From the human T2T-CHM13v2.0 reference genome, Homo sapiens: a stretch of DNA of 64,000 nt. Positions within the stretch are counted from its first letter, which is position 1. Every line of letters starts with the position of its first letter. The DNA lies in assembly GCF_009914755.1 (NCBI RefSeq), contig NC_060930.1. One strand, written 5' to 3'. The notes under the pieces were generated by a model. The model ran no database searches. It saw only the letters and a program-made list of their open reading frames with translations, and was not told the DNA's origin. This document shows positions 15,161-27,135 of this stretch, piece by piece. Made by a program: the position numbers and the translations under genes.

Positions 15161-15561
15161 TGAGTTAGGAGTTTTTCCTGCTGATGGGTTCGTGGTCTTG
15201 CTAACTTCGAAGAATGAAGCTGCGGACCTTCACGGTGAGTGTTACAGCTCAAAAAGAGTCCACGGACCAGGAGAGTGAGCAGCAGCACAGTTTATTGAAC
15301 AAAGTGAAAGGAAAGCTTCTACACAGTGGAAGGGGACCTGGAAGGGTTGCTGTTGCTGGCTTGGGTGGCTAGGGCTTATATCCCTGTGTTACCCCCTCCC
15401 CTTTCTTTTTGTCCAGAGAGTGGTTCTTTTTCAATCCTCCCTTGGAGGGATTAATTTTGAATCCTTCACTCGATTGGTTAAGAACTCAAAACCTGAGTCA
15501 CAAGGGTCTTTTGCAAAAGTCCCCAAACTGGCCCAGGAAGTCCCGCCAATTCCACCCCTCA
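15161..15561 (-). repeat. 3' LTR
   Basis: Direct repeat of 18404-18809; TG…CA ends; preceded on the minus strand by polypurine tract GAGAGGGAGGAC (15562-15573); AATAAA at 15291-15296. Confidence 0.93.
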
Positions 15562-15618
15562 GTCCTCCCTCTCAACAGGGGAGCCCAACTGCTGTTGGGG
15601 TGTGGGACAATGACCACT

Positions 15619-16645
15619 CTAACTGCTTCCTGCTGAATAGGGGTGTAGAAGGGGCCCTGCACCTGAGGTTTCCTCATGAGAGGTGGTTTGGGTGTCAACG
15701 TCCGGGTATGGGCTGGCAGGCTGGTCTAGAGGTCCTTGATAATAGGTGCTGGTTGAAGTCATCTGAGGTTCCATCTGCAGTACCATTTGTAGTTTCATTG
15801 ATTCTATTCGAGAAGAAATGAAATGGATGAGGGAATTGAAAAGACTTGGGACAAAGGTTACTCCCAGAATAATCACAAGGAGGGGACCTAAAAATGGAAG
15901 AAGCCAGGGGAGAACATGCTGTGAGAAACATGAGGTAGCTTCGGTTGTCCCACTGTGTAGTCTGCTGGCTCTATCCTGAAGTCATTTAATTCCATCTCTG
16001 ACTACTTGATTTATTGACATAAAAACAAGATTCCTCGTTCAGAAAAAGGCATGTTCTTCCCCTTTCAGCAGTGAGGAGATCTAGTGCTTGCCGGTTCTGG
16101 AGAACCGTGGCTGCTAATGAGTTATTTGGTCCTGGATTTGAATACATTGGAGAGAGATTTCATCTAGGCTTTCTCTTAATTCTTTAGAGAGTGTTAAGGA
16201 CACTGTGAGTCCAGTGGTTCCAGTTCCTAGTGTGATAGTAAATCCTAAACCAGCCGATAGAGGAAGTAGTGAGATTGCTCTTGGCTGAAGCTTAGCATGA
16301 ATGGGCACAGCTACTGCCTCTTCTGAAAAGGAACAAGTCACAGGAGGTACTATGTAGGCTAAAGTACAAGTTCCCATCCAGTTGGTGGGGAGGCAAATAT
16401 AGAAGGATCTTCCACACACAAAGAAAACTCCTTGCCGGGGTTCTATACACCCCTGTAGCTGAAAATCTAATAAGGGCTGAGGTCGGTCTGCATTAATTTC
16501 TCATTCCCATGATTTAAGGCTTCGGGACAAATGAGCCACTCCTAGTGGTTGGAACTGAATAGAATTTGTCAAGGACATATTATGGGGTTCCTCTAAGGCA
16601 AACTGGTGGCTAGCTGCATTAAGAAAAACTCGTGCTCCAGGGACA
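15619..16645 (-). pseudogene. env: ERV env remnant (SU C-terminus + TM)
   Basis: CLPTNWMGTCTL, fusion peptide RAISLLPLSAGLG, immunosuppressive domain [19 protein letters not shown], tail SSRIESMKLQMVLQMEPQM; frameshifted. Confidence 0.9.
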
Positions 16646-17100
16646 GGAAGCAGGGAGCAATGGGGTCTCTTGGCTCTTTGGAAGCTCTTTTATTTGTTCC
16701 CTTTTGGGCTGTAGAGCCCAGAGAGGCTTCAGCATTAGTAGGAGAAGGAGCTGTGGGGAGGCCTGGGTATGGGAGTAGACTTTGAGGACTCCTCGTGGGG
16801 TGCAGGTTACATGTCTTACACGATCATGGGTTACCCCTTAATGAGAAGAAGGTCTGAACATAATGGTACCTCACTCCACTTGCCTTCTCGTTTACAAAAA
16901 AGATCTAGTTGCAGGATGGTATTATAGTTTATACTTCCCTCAGGTGGCCATTGTTCTCCTCCTGGAAGAGGATATTGTGGTCAGGCAGTGCTGCAGAAAA
17001 ATATGAGCCGCTTCTTTTTCAATGTCTGGGGACCAAATTGGTCCCAGTTATTCAGAATACACCTCAGGGGTGACTTTGCTTTGGAGGGAACATCTCCCAT
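16646..17100 (-). pseudogene. gag: ERV gag 5' remnant (matrix)
   Basis: Manual translation from ATG at 17100: [86 protein letters not shown]9-like. Confidence 0.9.
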
Positions 17101-17677
17101 CTGAAAGGAGAGCATAGGGATGCCCACACCCCTAGTCATTCCCTGTGGACACTGGTTCTAGGGAGTTCTATACTGTTTTAGTGTCCTTTTTCCAGGGTGC
17201 GAAATCACCCATGGAACACTGCTTATCAGATTTAATTGTGCTTACCAACGTAGCAGTTTCAACTACAGTCTTTTCCCTCCCTTCTTAGCCACAAAGAAGG
17301 AGGCCAGGCTGCTGGGTTTAATGGCCTTTTACCAGCACGCCTGAAAGAGTTTTTTTTTCCTGTGAGTGGGTTCTAAGTCCAGGGTGTATTCTTAGGTGGT
17401 TGACGAGGCTCCAGTTGGCATATTTCTGAGCTTGAAACTGCCCCAGTAAGATAAACTCCTTAAAGATTGTACATAGACATAGCAATTTTAAGGTGGGGGG
17501 CAACAGGGCATTGGGCCAAGGTTGAAATAGCATCTCATGTACTAAGGCCTTTTGTCCCCGCTTTCCATCATAAGAATATGACTTTTGATCTCCCAGTCAA
17601 TGGTCTATTATATTACTTAACTCCCACAACAGTGAGTGGTACCCCAAGTGGAAGAGCTCCATAGTTCGGATTGCTGA

Positions 17678-18079
17678 TCACAAACAAGAAAGATGATAGG
17701 TGAGACGGTTCCCAGTGAGGTGGAGATGACAGAAAGAGAAATGGCCTAAGTCTTCCAGTAACCACTGGCACACACTATATTGTCCTGGGTGTTGCCTCAG
17801 GTGCTGAATATGAGGAACAGGTCCTGTATATTTGTATTGTTGCCCATCTACATAAGAATAAGCCATGGGATACCAGAAAAATGGATCTGAGGGTTGCCAT
17901 CCTAATTGTTTTAGATTCCTAATCCAGAGAGTTTTCATCCCAGAGGTAGAGAAAATCCTGGAAGACAGGGTCTCAAGAAAGTCTTCCCTACAGACATTTG
18001 GACCCCGGAGGCATGGGTCTAGAAGGGTGGGTGAAGCACGTTTGGGAGGCTTTTTAACAAAGGTTTCACACAGCGCCAT
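17678..18079 (-). CDS. putative pre-gag leader ORF (133 aa from ATG), function unknown
   Basis: ATG in strong context (ATCATGG) at 18079, open to 17678, located between the splice donor and gag. Confidence 0.35.
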   Translation of the reverse strand: MALCETFVKKPPKRASPTLLDPCLRGPNVCREDFLETLSSRIFSTSGMKTLWIRNLKQLGWQPSDPFFWYPMAYSYVDGQQYKYTGPVPHIQHLRQHPGQYSVCQWLLEDLGHFSFCHLHLTGNRLTYHLSCL

Positions 18080-18382
18080 GATCTCGACCGGTGGTACCAG
18101 GAGCTCAGGGCTACTGTTTTCCACCTTTGGCTGGCCCTCAGTTCAACACAGAAAATGCAGAGAAAGTGAGAACTCATTCCAGGCAAACCAACACTCCTGA
18201 CTCAGAAGGGTCGGGGGGTTGTTAGCCCTTTCCCAGAAAGCCTTCCACCTGTGTCTTTAGTCAGGCGGCCGCACTTGTCGCTTTTAAATGGCCGACAGGT
18301 GCCGTTGTTCACCCCCAATTATAAAGAAAAATAGAGCAGAGTAGCAAGAGAAAGAGTTCCGATGTTACTCACCACTTTGGAA

Positions 18383-18400
18383 ATCCCAGGCAAGCCCCCT
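18383..18400 (-). other. primer binding site, tRNA-Pro type
   Basis: AGGGGGCTTGCCTGGGAT versus PBS-Pro TGGGGGCTCGTCCGGGAT, 3 nt after the 5' LTR. Confidence 0.8.
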
Positions 18401-18403
18401 TGA

Positions 18404-18809
18404 TGAGTTAGGAGTTTTTCCTGCTGATGGGTTCGTGGTCTCACTAACTTCGGAGAATGAAGCTACGGAACTTCGCGGTGTATGTTACAGCTCAAAAAGA
18501 GTCCACAGACCAGGAGAGTGAGCAGCAGAACAGTTTATTGAACAAAGTGAAAGGAAAGCTTCCACATGGTGGAAGGGGTCTTGGAAGGGTTGCTATTGCT
18601 GGCTCGGGTGGCTAAGGCTTATATCCCTGTGTTACCCCCTCCCCTTTCTTTCTTTTTGTCCAGAGAGTAGTTCTTTTTCAATCCTCTCTTGGAGTGGTTA
18701 ATTTTGAATCCTTCACTCGATTGGTTAAGAACTCAAAACACTGAGTCATAGGGATCTTTTGCAAAAGTCCCTAAACTGGCCAAGGAAGTCCTGCCAACTC
18801 CACCCCTCA
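18404..18809 (-). promoter_or_regulatory. 5' LTR with CCAAT, TATA and poly(A) signal
   Basis: Minus-strand CCAAT 18720-18724, ATATAA 18619-18624, AATAAA 18534-18539. Confidence 0.9.
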
Positions 18810-19434
18810 TTCTGAAAGGTAAGAAGGAGGCAAAAACTATAGGAGAAAAAAGCAAGATACTTAGAAACTTTTGAAGGTTTCTGAAATGGAGGCTCTGTTT
18901 CTTGCCCCTCCCCATCAGATTCACACCAAGGAGGGATAACAGAGCCATCAATAGGTGTGAGAGTCTGAGAACAGTAGGGAGGTTTTTCTTCCTCTTTCCT
19001 AAAACCATGACATTGCAGTTCCTGTTACCACCTTGGTGTGGGGGCAAGAAAGTAGAAATAATCACTGTACGTAGTAGACAGAGAGCTTCGGTATCAGGAA
19101 CTAAGGGGGCCCTAGCCCATTATGTCAGGTTTTCTGCCTGTCCAGGCTGAGAAAGAGAGATGGCCAACTTAGAGTGGTTTAGACTTGTGATGAATGATGA
19201 TTTTGGTGGAAATAAAGCAGAGTATATAACCAGAGTCTGGCAAAGAGTGTGGACACTTCTATAGATGCCAGTGTAGATAAAAGACAACATCTGAGAACCA
19301 CAGGGTGCTAATGTGGAAAACAAATATAGTCTGGACAGAGAATGCAGAACACACAAATGCCTCTTCCTCATGCCATGATGCTAGGTAATGCCTGCCTCAG
19401 GAGCTTAGAAAATGCTAAAGTGAAAAAGTGGTGA

Positions 19435-19750
<316 letters not shown>

Positions 19751-20204
19751 CTATGCCTATTTTTAAACTAATTTTTTTTGAATTTTAACTAAAATACCCA
19801 ATTTAGCAAGTTTGCCTAAGATTATATTATCTCTCATAGGAAGAAGAAAATTATATTGTTACAAGAGAATAAATATGTGCTTTTTGCATAGCTGAACATA
19901 TGGACATTTATCCTAATACATATGTTCAGAGTGTCCCTCTTTTCAAGAAAGTGCTGGTGTAAAACATATTTAATCAGGAGATACTTTTTTGTATTAGAGA
20001 GAATAGCTTTGTGTCTGGGAGGAACAGAAATGTTTTCTTTCTTGCAATACAAATCAGAACAAAGAAATAATAATGAGGAGTCTGAGTGTTTTCCTCAGAA
20101 ACAAAGAAACAACTTGAGGCATCTAATATAATCTAGGAAACCCAAATGACAAAACCAAAGCTACTTCTGAGTTACTTTTAAAAGTCATAAGGAACCTTTT
20201 CTCC

Positions 20205-23200
20205 TCCAAGATTAGAGGCTTTTAGTGTGCCTTAGCCAGTTGAAAAGAGCAAGATAATACATAAAGATAAACTGTGAGGAAGATAATACATAAACTGTGA
20301 GCTTTAATTCAAGATGAAAATGGGAATGCACTGGAATTGTGAAAGACATTCCACCTGGAACACTTACTCTCCTGGATTAGGAGTGTAGGTAACCTCCCAT
20401 CCCCATGCAAGAACCTGGGGCCAAGGAGGTTTAACAGATTCATGCCTAGGCACACCTCTGGGTGCTTAGCAGCTGCTCACTAGATTCTCTCCTGGCATTG
20501 GTTCTTGTGCCTGTCATCTGGGGACCTGTATGTGGACTCCCCCAGTTCAGTCTCACCCATCTTTGTCCCCACCACCCTAGGGCTGAGCAGGGAGCTCAGA
20601 CCACTCTGCACTCCATGGATCAGCCCATTGCCTGAGGTAACAGAAAGCCTCTCCCAGTAAACAAGGATCAAGTATTTACCCAGCCACTTTGGCTACAGCT
20701 CACTCTTATTTATAAGCACCATCTACAGCCCAGCAGGTCCACTACACAGCCCAATAGAAAACCTGCCATTAGAAGTGCATAGGGCTGCAAAAGCAAAGCC
20801 AAAAGACCCTACCCAGCATTCTCTACAGTCACATTCACTAGAGAGCAGGGCAGGGGGCAGGGATGTAAAGGAAAAGAGAAACTCCCTAATAATGTTATAG
20901 GAAAAAGAAAGGAAAGGAAAAAATCCTGCCTATGAAAATAAATACAAAAGTTAGAAGTTACAACATCTCCAGATGAGAAGGAACCAGCACAAGAATTCTG
21001 ATACTACAAAAAATCTGAATGTGCTGATACCACCAAAGGACTGCACTGGCTCTCCTAACCAAAATGGAGACTCAGAAACGACAGATAAAGAATTCAAAGA
21101 AACGACTGTGTGAACCCAGGAAATCTGAGACAGATCTCAGTTAATTTAGAAAGTTTGTTTTGCCAAGGTTGAGGACGTGCCTGTGACACAGCCTCTGGAA
21201 GTCCTGATGACATGTGCCCAAGGTGGTCAGGGCACAGCTTGGTTTTATACATTTTAGGGAGACATGAGACTTCAATCAATATGTAAGAAGTACATTAGTT
21301 CTATCTAGAAAGGCGGAGACAGCTCAAAGCAAGGACCCCCCCACCCCAACTCCCTGGGGGATTCCAGGTCACAGGTTGGTGAGAGACAGATGGTTGCATT
21401 CTTTTGAGTTTCTGATAAGTCTTTCCAAAGGAGGCAATCAGAATATGCATCTATCTCTGTGAGCAAAAGGGATGACTTTGAATAAAATGGGAAGCAGATT
21501 TGCCCTGAGTGGTTCCCAGCTTGAAGGGGCTCAAGATATTTTCATTTCACAACTGCAAGGAAGGTTCAATGAGCTCTGAGACAAAATAAATACAAATAAA
21601 TTTCTAAAGCACTCCAGGAAATGTAGGGAGAGATAAGCATACTAAAAAGAATGAATCAGAGCTGCTGGAATTGATAAACCTACTTAAAGACTTTCAAAAT
21701 ACAATTGAAATCTATAGTAATAGACTGGACCAAGCAGAAGAAAGAATTGCAGAGCTTGAAGACTAGTCTTTCAAACTCTAGCCCAGTCAGACAAAAATAA
21801 AGCAAAAAGAATTTTAAAAAATGAACAGTCTTTGACAAATATGGGATTATGTAAAGCAAGGAAACCTATAAGTTTAGGCATTCCTGAGTGTGAAAGAGAA
21901 AAAGTAAACAACCTGGAAAACATATTTGAGGGAATAATTCAAGAAAATTTCTCAAATCTTACTAGAGAGGTAGACATCCAGAGAATACCTGCGAGATACT
22001 GTATAAAACAAACATCACCAAGGCATGGAGTCACCAGACTGTCCAAGGTCAATGCTCAATAAAAAAATCTTAAAGCCAGTTAAAGAAACATGTCATATAA
22101 CCTAAAAAGGGAGCCTAATTAGTCTAAGAGCAGACTTCTCAGCAGAAAAGTTACAAGCCAGGAAAGATTGGGGGCCTATTTTAAGCATTCATTAAAAAAA
22201 GAAATTCCAACCAAGAATTTCATATTTCACCAAACAAAGCTTCATAAGTAGAGGAGAAATAACATCTTATCCAGACAAGCAAGCACTAAGAGAATTTTCT
22301 TAATCACTAGACCAGACTTACAAGAGATGCTTAAGAGAATTCTAAACATGGAAACAAAGCAAAGATACCTGCTACCACAAAAACACTCGTACATAGTCCA
22401 TATATGCTACAAAGCAACCACACAATAGAAATTACAAAGCAGCCAGCTAACAACTTCATGATAGGATCAAAAGGTCACATATCAATATTAATCCTGAATC
22501 TAAATGAATCTTGAATATAAATGTTCTAAATGCCCCACTTAAATTGCAGAATGGCACAGTGGCTAAAAAAAGACCCATCAGTCTGCTGTCTTCAAGAGAC
22601 CCATTTCACACTTAACAATACCTATAGGCTCAAAGTAAAGGGAGAAAGATCAGCCCCACAGATGGAAAACAAATAAGAGCAGGGGTCACTATTCTTATAT
22701 CAGATTAAACAGAGTTTAAACCAACGAAAGTAAAAAAAAGGATAAATTGAACCCAATAAAGGGTTCAATTCAACAAGAAGACTTAACTATTCTAAATATA
22801 TCTGCACCTAACATGGGCACACCCAGATGCATAAAACAAGTACTTACAGACCTATGGAAAGACATAGACAGCCACAAAATAATAGTAGGGAACTTCAAAA
22901 CCCCACAAACAACACTAGACAGACCATAGAGGCAGAAAACTGACAAAAAATTCTGGGCTTTAACTTGACATGTGACCAGGTAGACCTAATAGACATCTAC
23001 AGAACACTCCATGCATCAGCCACAGAATATACATTCTTGTCTCCACATGGAACTCGAAGATCAAACACATGCACAGATGTAGAGCAAATGTCAATATATT
23101 TTTAAGAGTCAAAATCATACTAAGCACACTCTCAGTGAAAGTGAAATAAAAACAGTAATTAATACCAAGAAGATCTCTCAAAACAGCAAAATTACATGGA

Positions 23201-23496
23201 AATTAAACAACTTGCTCCTAAATGACTTTTGGGTAAACAACATTGACACAGAAATCAAAAAAATCTGTGAAATAAATGAAAACAGAGGCACAATGTACCA
23301 AAATCCCTGGGATGCAACAGAAGCAGTGTTAAGAGGAAAGCGTAATGCTAAAGACCTACCTCCAAGTGTTAGGAAGATCTCAAATTAACGATCTAACACC
23401 ACATCTAGAGAAACCAAAAAGATAAGAACAAACTAACCCCAAAGTTAGCAAAAGAAAAGAAAAAACTATGATCAGAGCAGAACTGAACAAAATTCA
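20205..23496 (+). mobile_element. L1PB-type element A: internally deleted 5'UTR, ORF1, ORF2 endonuclease; 3' part missing
   Basis: Degenerate ORF1 (NNLENIFEGIIQENFSNL) and EN (KGSIQQEDLTILNISAPN) peptides; 5' end homologous to reverse of 25215-25340. Confidence 0.85.
21109..21551 (-). mobile_element. MER4A-like solo LTR inserted in L1 ORF1
   Basis: TG…CA termini, 4-bp TSD ACTG, MER4-type text GCCAAGGTTGAGGAC…GACATGTGCCCAAGGTGGTC. Confidence 0.85.
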
Positions 23497-25350
23497 GTGC
23501 ACAGTGGTCTGAGCTCCCTGCTCAGTCCCCAGGTGGTGAGGACAAAAATGGGTGGGATTGAACTGGGTTAGACCACCTACAGGTCCCCAAATGACAGGCA
23601 TGCCAGGGGAGAATCTAGTGAGCAGCTGTTAAGTACCCAGAGGTGTGCCTAGGCATGAATCTGTTAGATCTCCTTGCCTCCAGGTTCTTGCATGGGGCTG
23701 GGAGGTTGCCTACACTCCTAACCCAAGAGAGTGAGTGTTCCAGATGCCTGGAGACCTGCTTGTACATGGAGCAGGGAGAGTTCCCTATATCACAGTTTTG
23801 ACAGGAATATTTGGGCAATTCAGGCTGCTATTGCAGGCTAGTGTGTGCTCTGAATGCCTGGAGATTTGCTGTGGCTTGTGGGGAGGGTCCCACTGCACTA
23901 AGATCTCTGCACGATTGGGTGGACTGACTCAGGGTGTTAATCCAAGTAGACAGTTGCTCTGAATGCCTGGAGATCTGCCTGGGTGTGTAGCTGACAGCCT
24001 CCTTCCCCCTCATACATGGATCTCTGCACAAGAAATGGTGATGCAGCTTATGCTGCTGATTAAGGTGAACTGGTGCTTCGAATGCCTGGAGATCTGCCTG
24101 GGTTTGGCACAGAGAGGGCCTCACTGCACCATGATCTATGTTCAGAATGTGTGAAGTGGCTCAGGCCACTGAGCCAGATGAGTAGGTACTGTGAATGCCT
24201 GGAGATCTGCTTGAGCATGAATCTGAGACGGCCTCCTTGCACTGGGATCTCTGCACAGGAAGTGTAGGGCAGCTCAGGCTAGTGATCCAGGTGACTAGGT
24301 ACTCCAAATCCCTGGATATCTGAATGTGCATGGAGTGGAGAAGGACCCATGGTACCTCAATCTACATATGGGAAGGTTGACATGGCTCAGGCTGCTGAAC
24401 TAGGCACATGAGTGCTCGAGATTCCTGGTGATCTGTCTGGTAAAAGGGCAGAGAGGGTGTTGCTGTACCCTGATCTATTTCCATAAACTGTGGGGCAACT
24501 CAGCCTTCTAGTCCAGGCAAACATGTGCTTTAAATGCCTGGATTTCTGCCTGGGATGGATTAGAGAGGGTCCTGCTGCACCACAATTTCCGGTGAGCAGT
24601 ATGGGGCACCCAGCAATGTCACATACAGACCAGTTCCAGGACAGCAAGCTAGGCTTGGCTGAAATCTTACTGCTCAAAAGAATCTGCAATGCTACCTGCT
24701 CTCCTCCTGCCCCAGGCTTGCAACAGGTGAAAACAAATTTCCAGCTCCTACTGCTGAGACTCTTTCCATAATTCTGGCTGTGGTGGCTCCTTCCCCACAC
24801 TTGAGCAGGCGCTTCTGTCTCTGGCCCGAGACTAAAATGCCTGCATGGCCATGCTGCCAGGTTGCTAAAGAATGGCTAAATTTATATGCACTCATATTAA
24901 AAGTGGCATCCTGCACTTGGTCCTGGGTCTGAGGAAATGTCTACACCTTTTCCCAGTGTCTTTTCTTCATGATGTCTCCAAGCCTCTCCCCAAGTTAACT
25001 CAAGGGCTAGGGAAAATCAAATTGCTCTACCATGGCATGGGTTGCTCTGATTACCAGTAGAGAGGTGAATCACAGAGGGAAGCTCTCTGCCTCTCTTACA
25101 TACCTGGGCTTTACTCATTTTTATCAGGTGGACACTGTTACAGTGGTTGTTTGTCAGCTTTATCAGAGGACACTGTTACAGTGGTTGTTTGTCAGCTTTA
25201 TCCTCACTGGGATCTGGGTTGTCCTTCATGATTCAGTGGATTCCCATTTTACTTCTTGGATTAAAGCTCACAGAGTTGATCTTTATACATTATCTTGCTA
25301 TTTTCAAGTGGCCAAGGCATGCTAAAAGCCTCTAATCTGCCACGCTGATT
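23497..25350 (-). mobile_element. L1PB-type element B: 5'UTR only
   Basis: Inverted homology to 20209-20350 and 20352-20612; contains monomer array. Confidence 0.8.
23735..24600. repeat. degenerate tandem array of ~8 monomers of ~113 bp
   Basis: Core GAATGCCTGGAGATCTGC recurs at ~23742, 23852, 23961, 24080, 24193, 24306, 24419, 24532. Confidence 0.85.
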
Positions 25351-26105
25351 AAAAAATTGGCGTCTTTTTTAATGTAGTTATTTATTGTTACAATCTTCCC
25401 TCAGAACTGCTTTCGCTGCATCTTATAAGTTTTGATATGTTGTGTTTCTTAATATATTTTTTATTTTCCTTTTTGAATTGCTACTTTGATTCATGATTGT
25501 TTATGAGCATGTCATTTAATTTCCACATACTTGTGAATTTTCCTTCTTTTATTGATTTCTAGTTTCATAACATTGTGGTCAGAAAAGATACTTGATATGA
25601 TTTCAGTGTTCTTAAGTATTTTGGGACTTATTTTCTGGCCTAACATATAATATATCCTGGAGAATGTTTCCTGTGTGCTTGAAAAGAATGTGTGTTCTGT
25701 TGCTGTTAGATGGAATGTTCTTTATGTCTATTAGGTCTGTTTAGTATATAGTTCAAGTCCAGTGTTCTCTTATTGATTTTCTGTTTAGATGATCTGCCCA
25801 TTGTTGTGGGGCATTAAAGTTCTCAACTGTTACTGTACTGCTGTGCATTTCTCCCATCAGCCCTGTTAATATTTTAAAAATATACTAATTTCTCCAATGT
25901 TGGGTGCATATATATTTACATTTGTTGTGTCCTATTGATGTGTTGTCCTCTTTATCATGATATAATAACATTTTTTAATCTCTTGTTACAGTTTTTGACT
26001 TAAAATCTGTTTTGTTAGGTATAAGTATAGATACCCCTGCTATGCTTTTGGTTTCCATTTTCATAGAATATCTTCTCCTCTCCCTTCACTTTAAGTGTTT
26101 GCACG

Positions 26106-26850
26106 TGTATCAGGCTGTTCTTGTATTACTATAAAGAAATACCTGAGACTGGTTAATTTTTAAAGAAAAGAGATTTAATTGGTTTGCTGTTCTTGCAGGC
26201 TATACAAGCATGATGACAGTACCTGCTCGGCTTCTGGTGAGCTTTGACTCATGGCAGAGAGCAAAGTGGAAGCAGTAAGTCACAAAGTGAAAGCAGGAGC
26301 AAGGAAGGGGGAAGTGCCACACTTTTAAACAACCAGATCACTTGAGAACTCATTTACTGTCATGAGGACAACACCAACTCATGAGAGATCCTCCCCTACA
26401 ATCCAAACACCTTTCACCAGCCTCATCTCCAACATTGGGTATTACATTTCAACATGAGATTTGGGCAGGGACAAATACCCAAGCTCTATCATTCTGCCTC
26501 TGGCACCCCCAAATCTCATGTCCCTCTCCCATTGCAAAATAAAATCACGCCTTCCTAATTGTTCCCCAGGTCTTAACTTATTCCAGCATCAATTCAAAAG
26601 TCCAAAGTCCAAAGTATGCTCAGATATCACAATTTCCTTCTGCCTATGAGCCTATAAAATAAAAAACAAATTATTTATTTTCAAGATACAATAGGAATAC
26701 AGGCATTGTATAAACATTCCTATTCCAAAAATGAGAAAAGAAAGGGGCTACAGTCCCCATTCAAGTTCAAAACCCAGCAGGGTAGCTGTTACATCTTAAA
26801 AGGTCCAAAATAATCTCCATTGACTCCCTTTCCCATATCAAAGGCACTTC
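26106..26850. mobile_element. MST (MaLR) LTR plus adjacent internal sequence
   Basis: TGTATCAGGCTGTTCTTG…CTATAAAGAAATACCTGAGACTGG…ATTTCAACATGAGATTTGG. Confidence 0.75.
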
Positions 26851-27135
26851 TGCAAGTCTCAGAGTCTAAAGGCTGAAAAACCTGGAGTCTGATGTCCAAG
26901 GGCAGGAGGAGAGGAAGCAAGCATCTGACATGGAAAGAAAGTGGGAGCCAGAAGACTCAGCAAGCAAGACTACCCCCATGACTTCTTCCACCTAGGTCTT
27001 CCTCTTCCAGTCCACTGACCCAAATGTAAATTTCCTTTGGCAACATCCTCACAGACACACCCCAAAACAATACTTTGCCAGCCATCTAGGAATCCTTTAA
27101 TCCAGTCAGGATGACAACTAATGTTAACCATCACA
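26851..27135. mobile_element. MLT2-like LTR terminal fragment
   Basis: CCTGGAGTCTGATGTCCAAGGGCAGGAG…TTAACCATCACA. Confidence 0.65.

Larger units (their letters stand above)
15161..18809 (-). mobile_element. Class I (gamma-like) ERV provirus, internally deleted (no pro/pol); HERV-W/ERV9/HUERS-P-related
   Basis: Two ~400-bp LTRs, 4-bp TSD TTCT (15157-15160, 18810-18813), PBS, PPT, gag MA and env remnants. Confidence 0.93.

Noticed and set aside
23735-24600. Regularly spaced short motifs resembling a CRISPR array
   Set aside because: The whole units are homologous degenerate monomers in an L1 5'UTR; eukaryotic context, no cas genes
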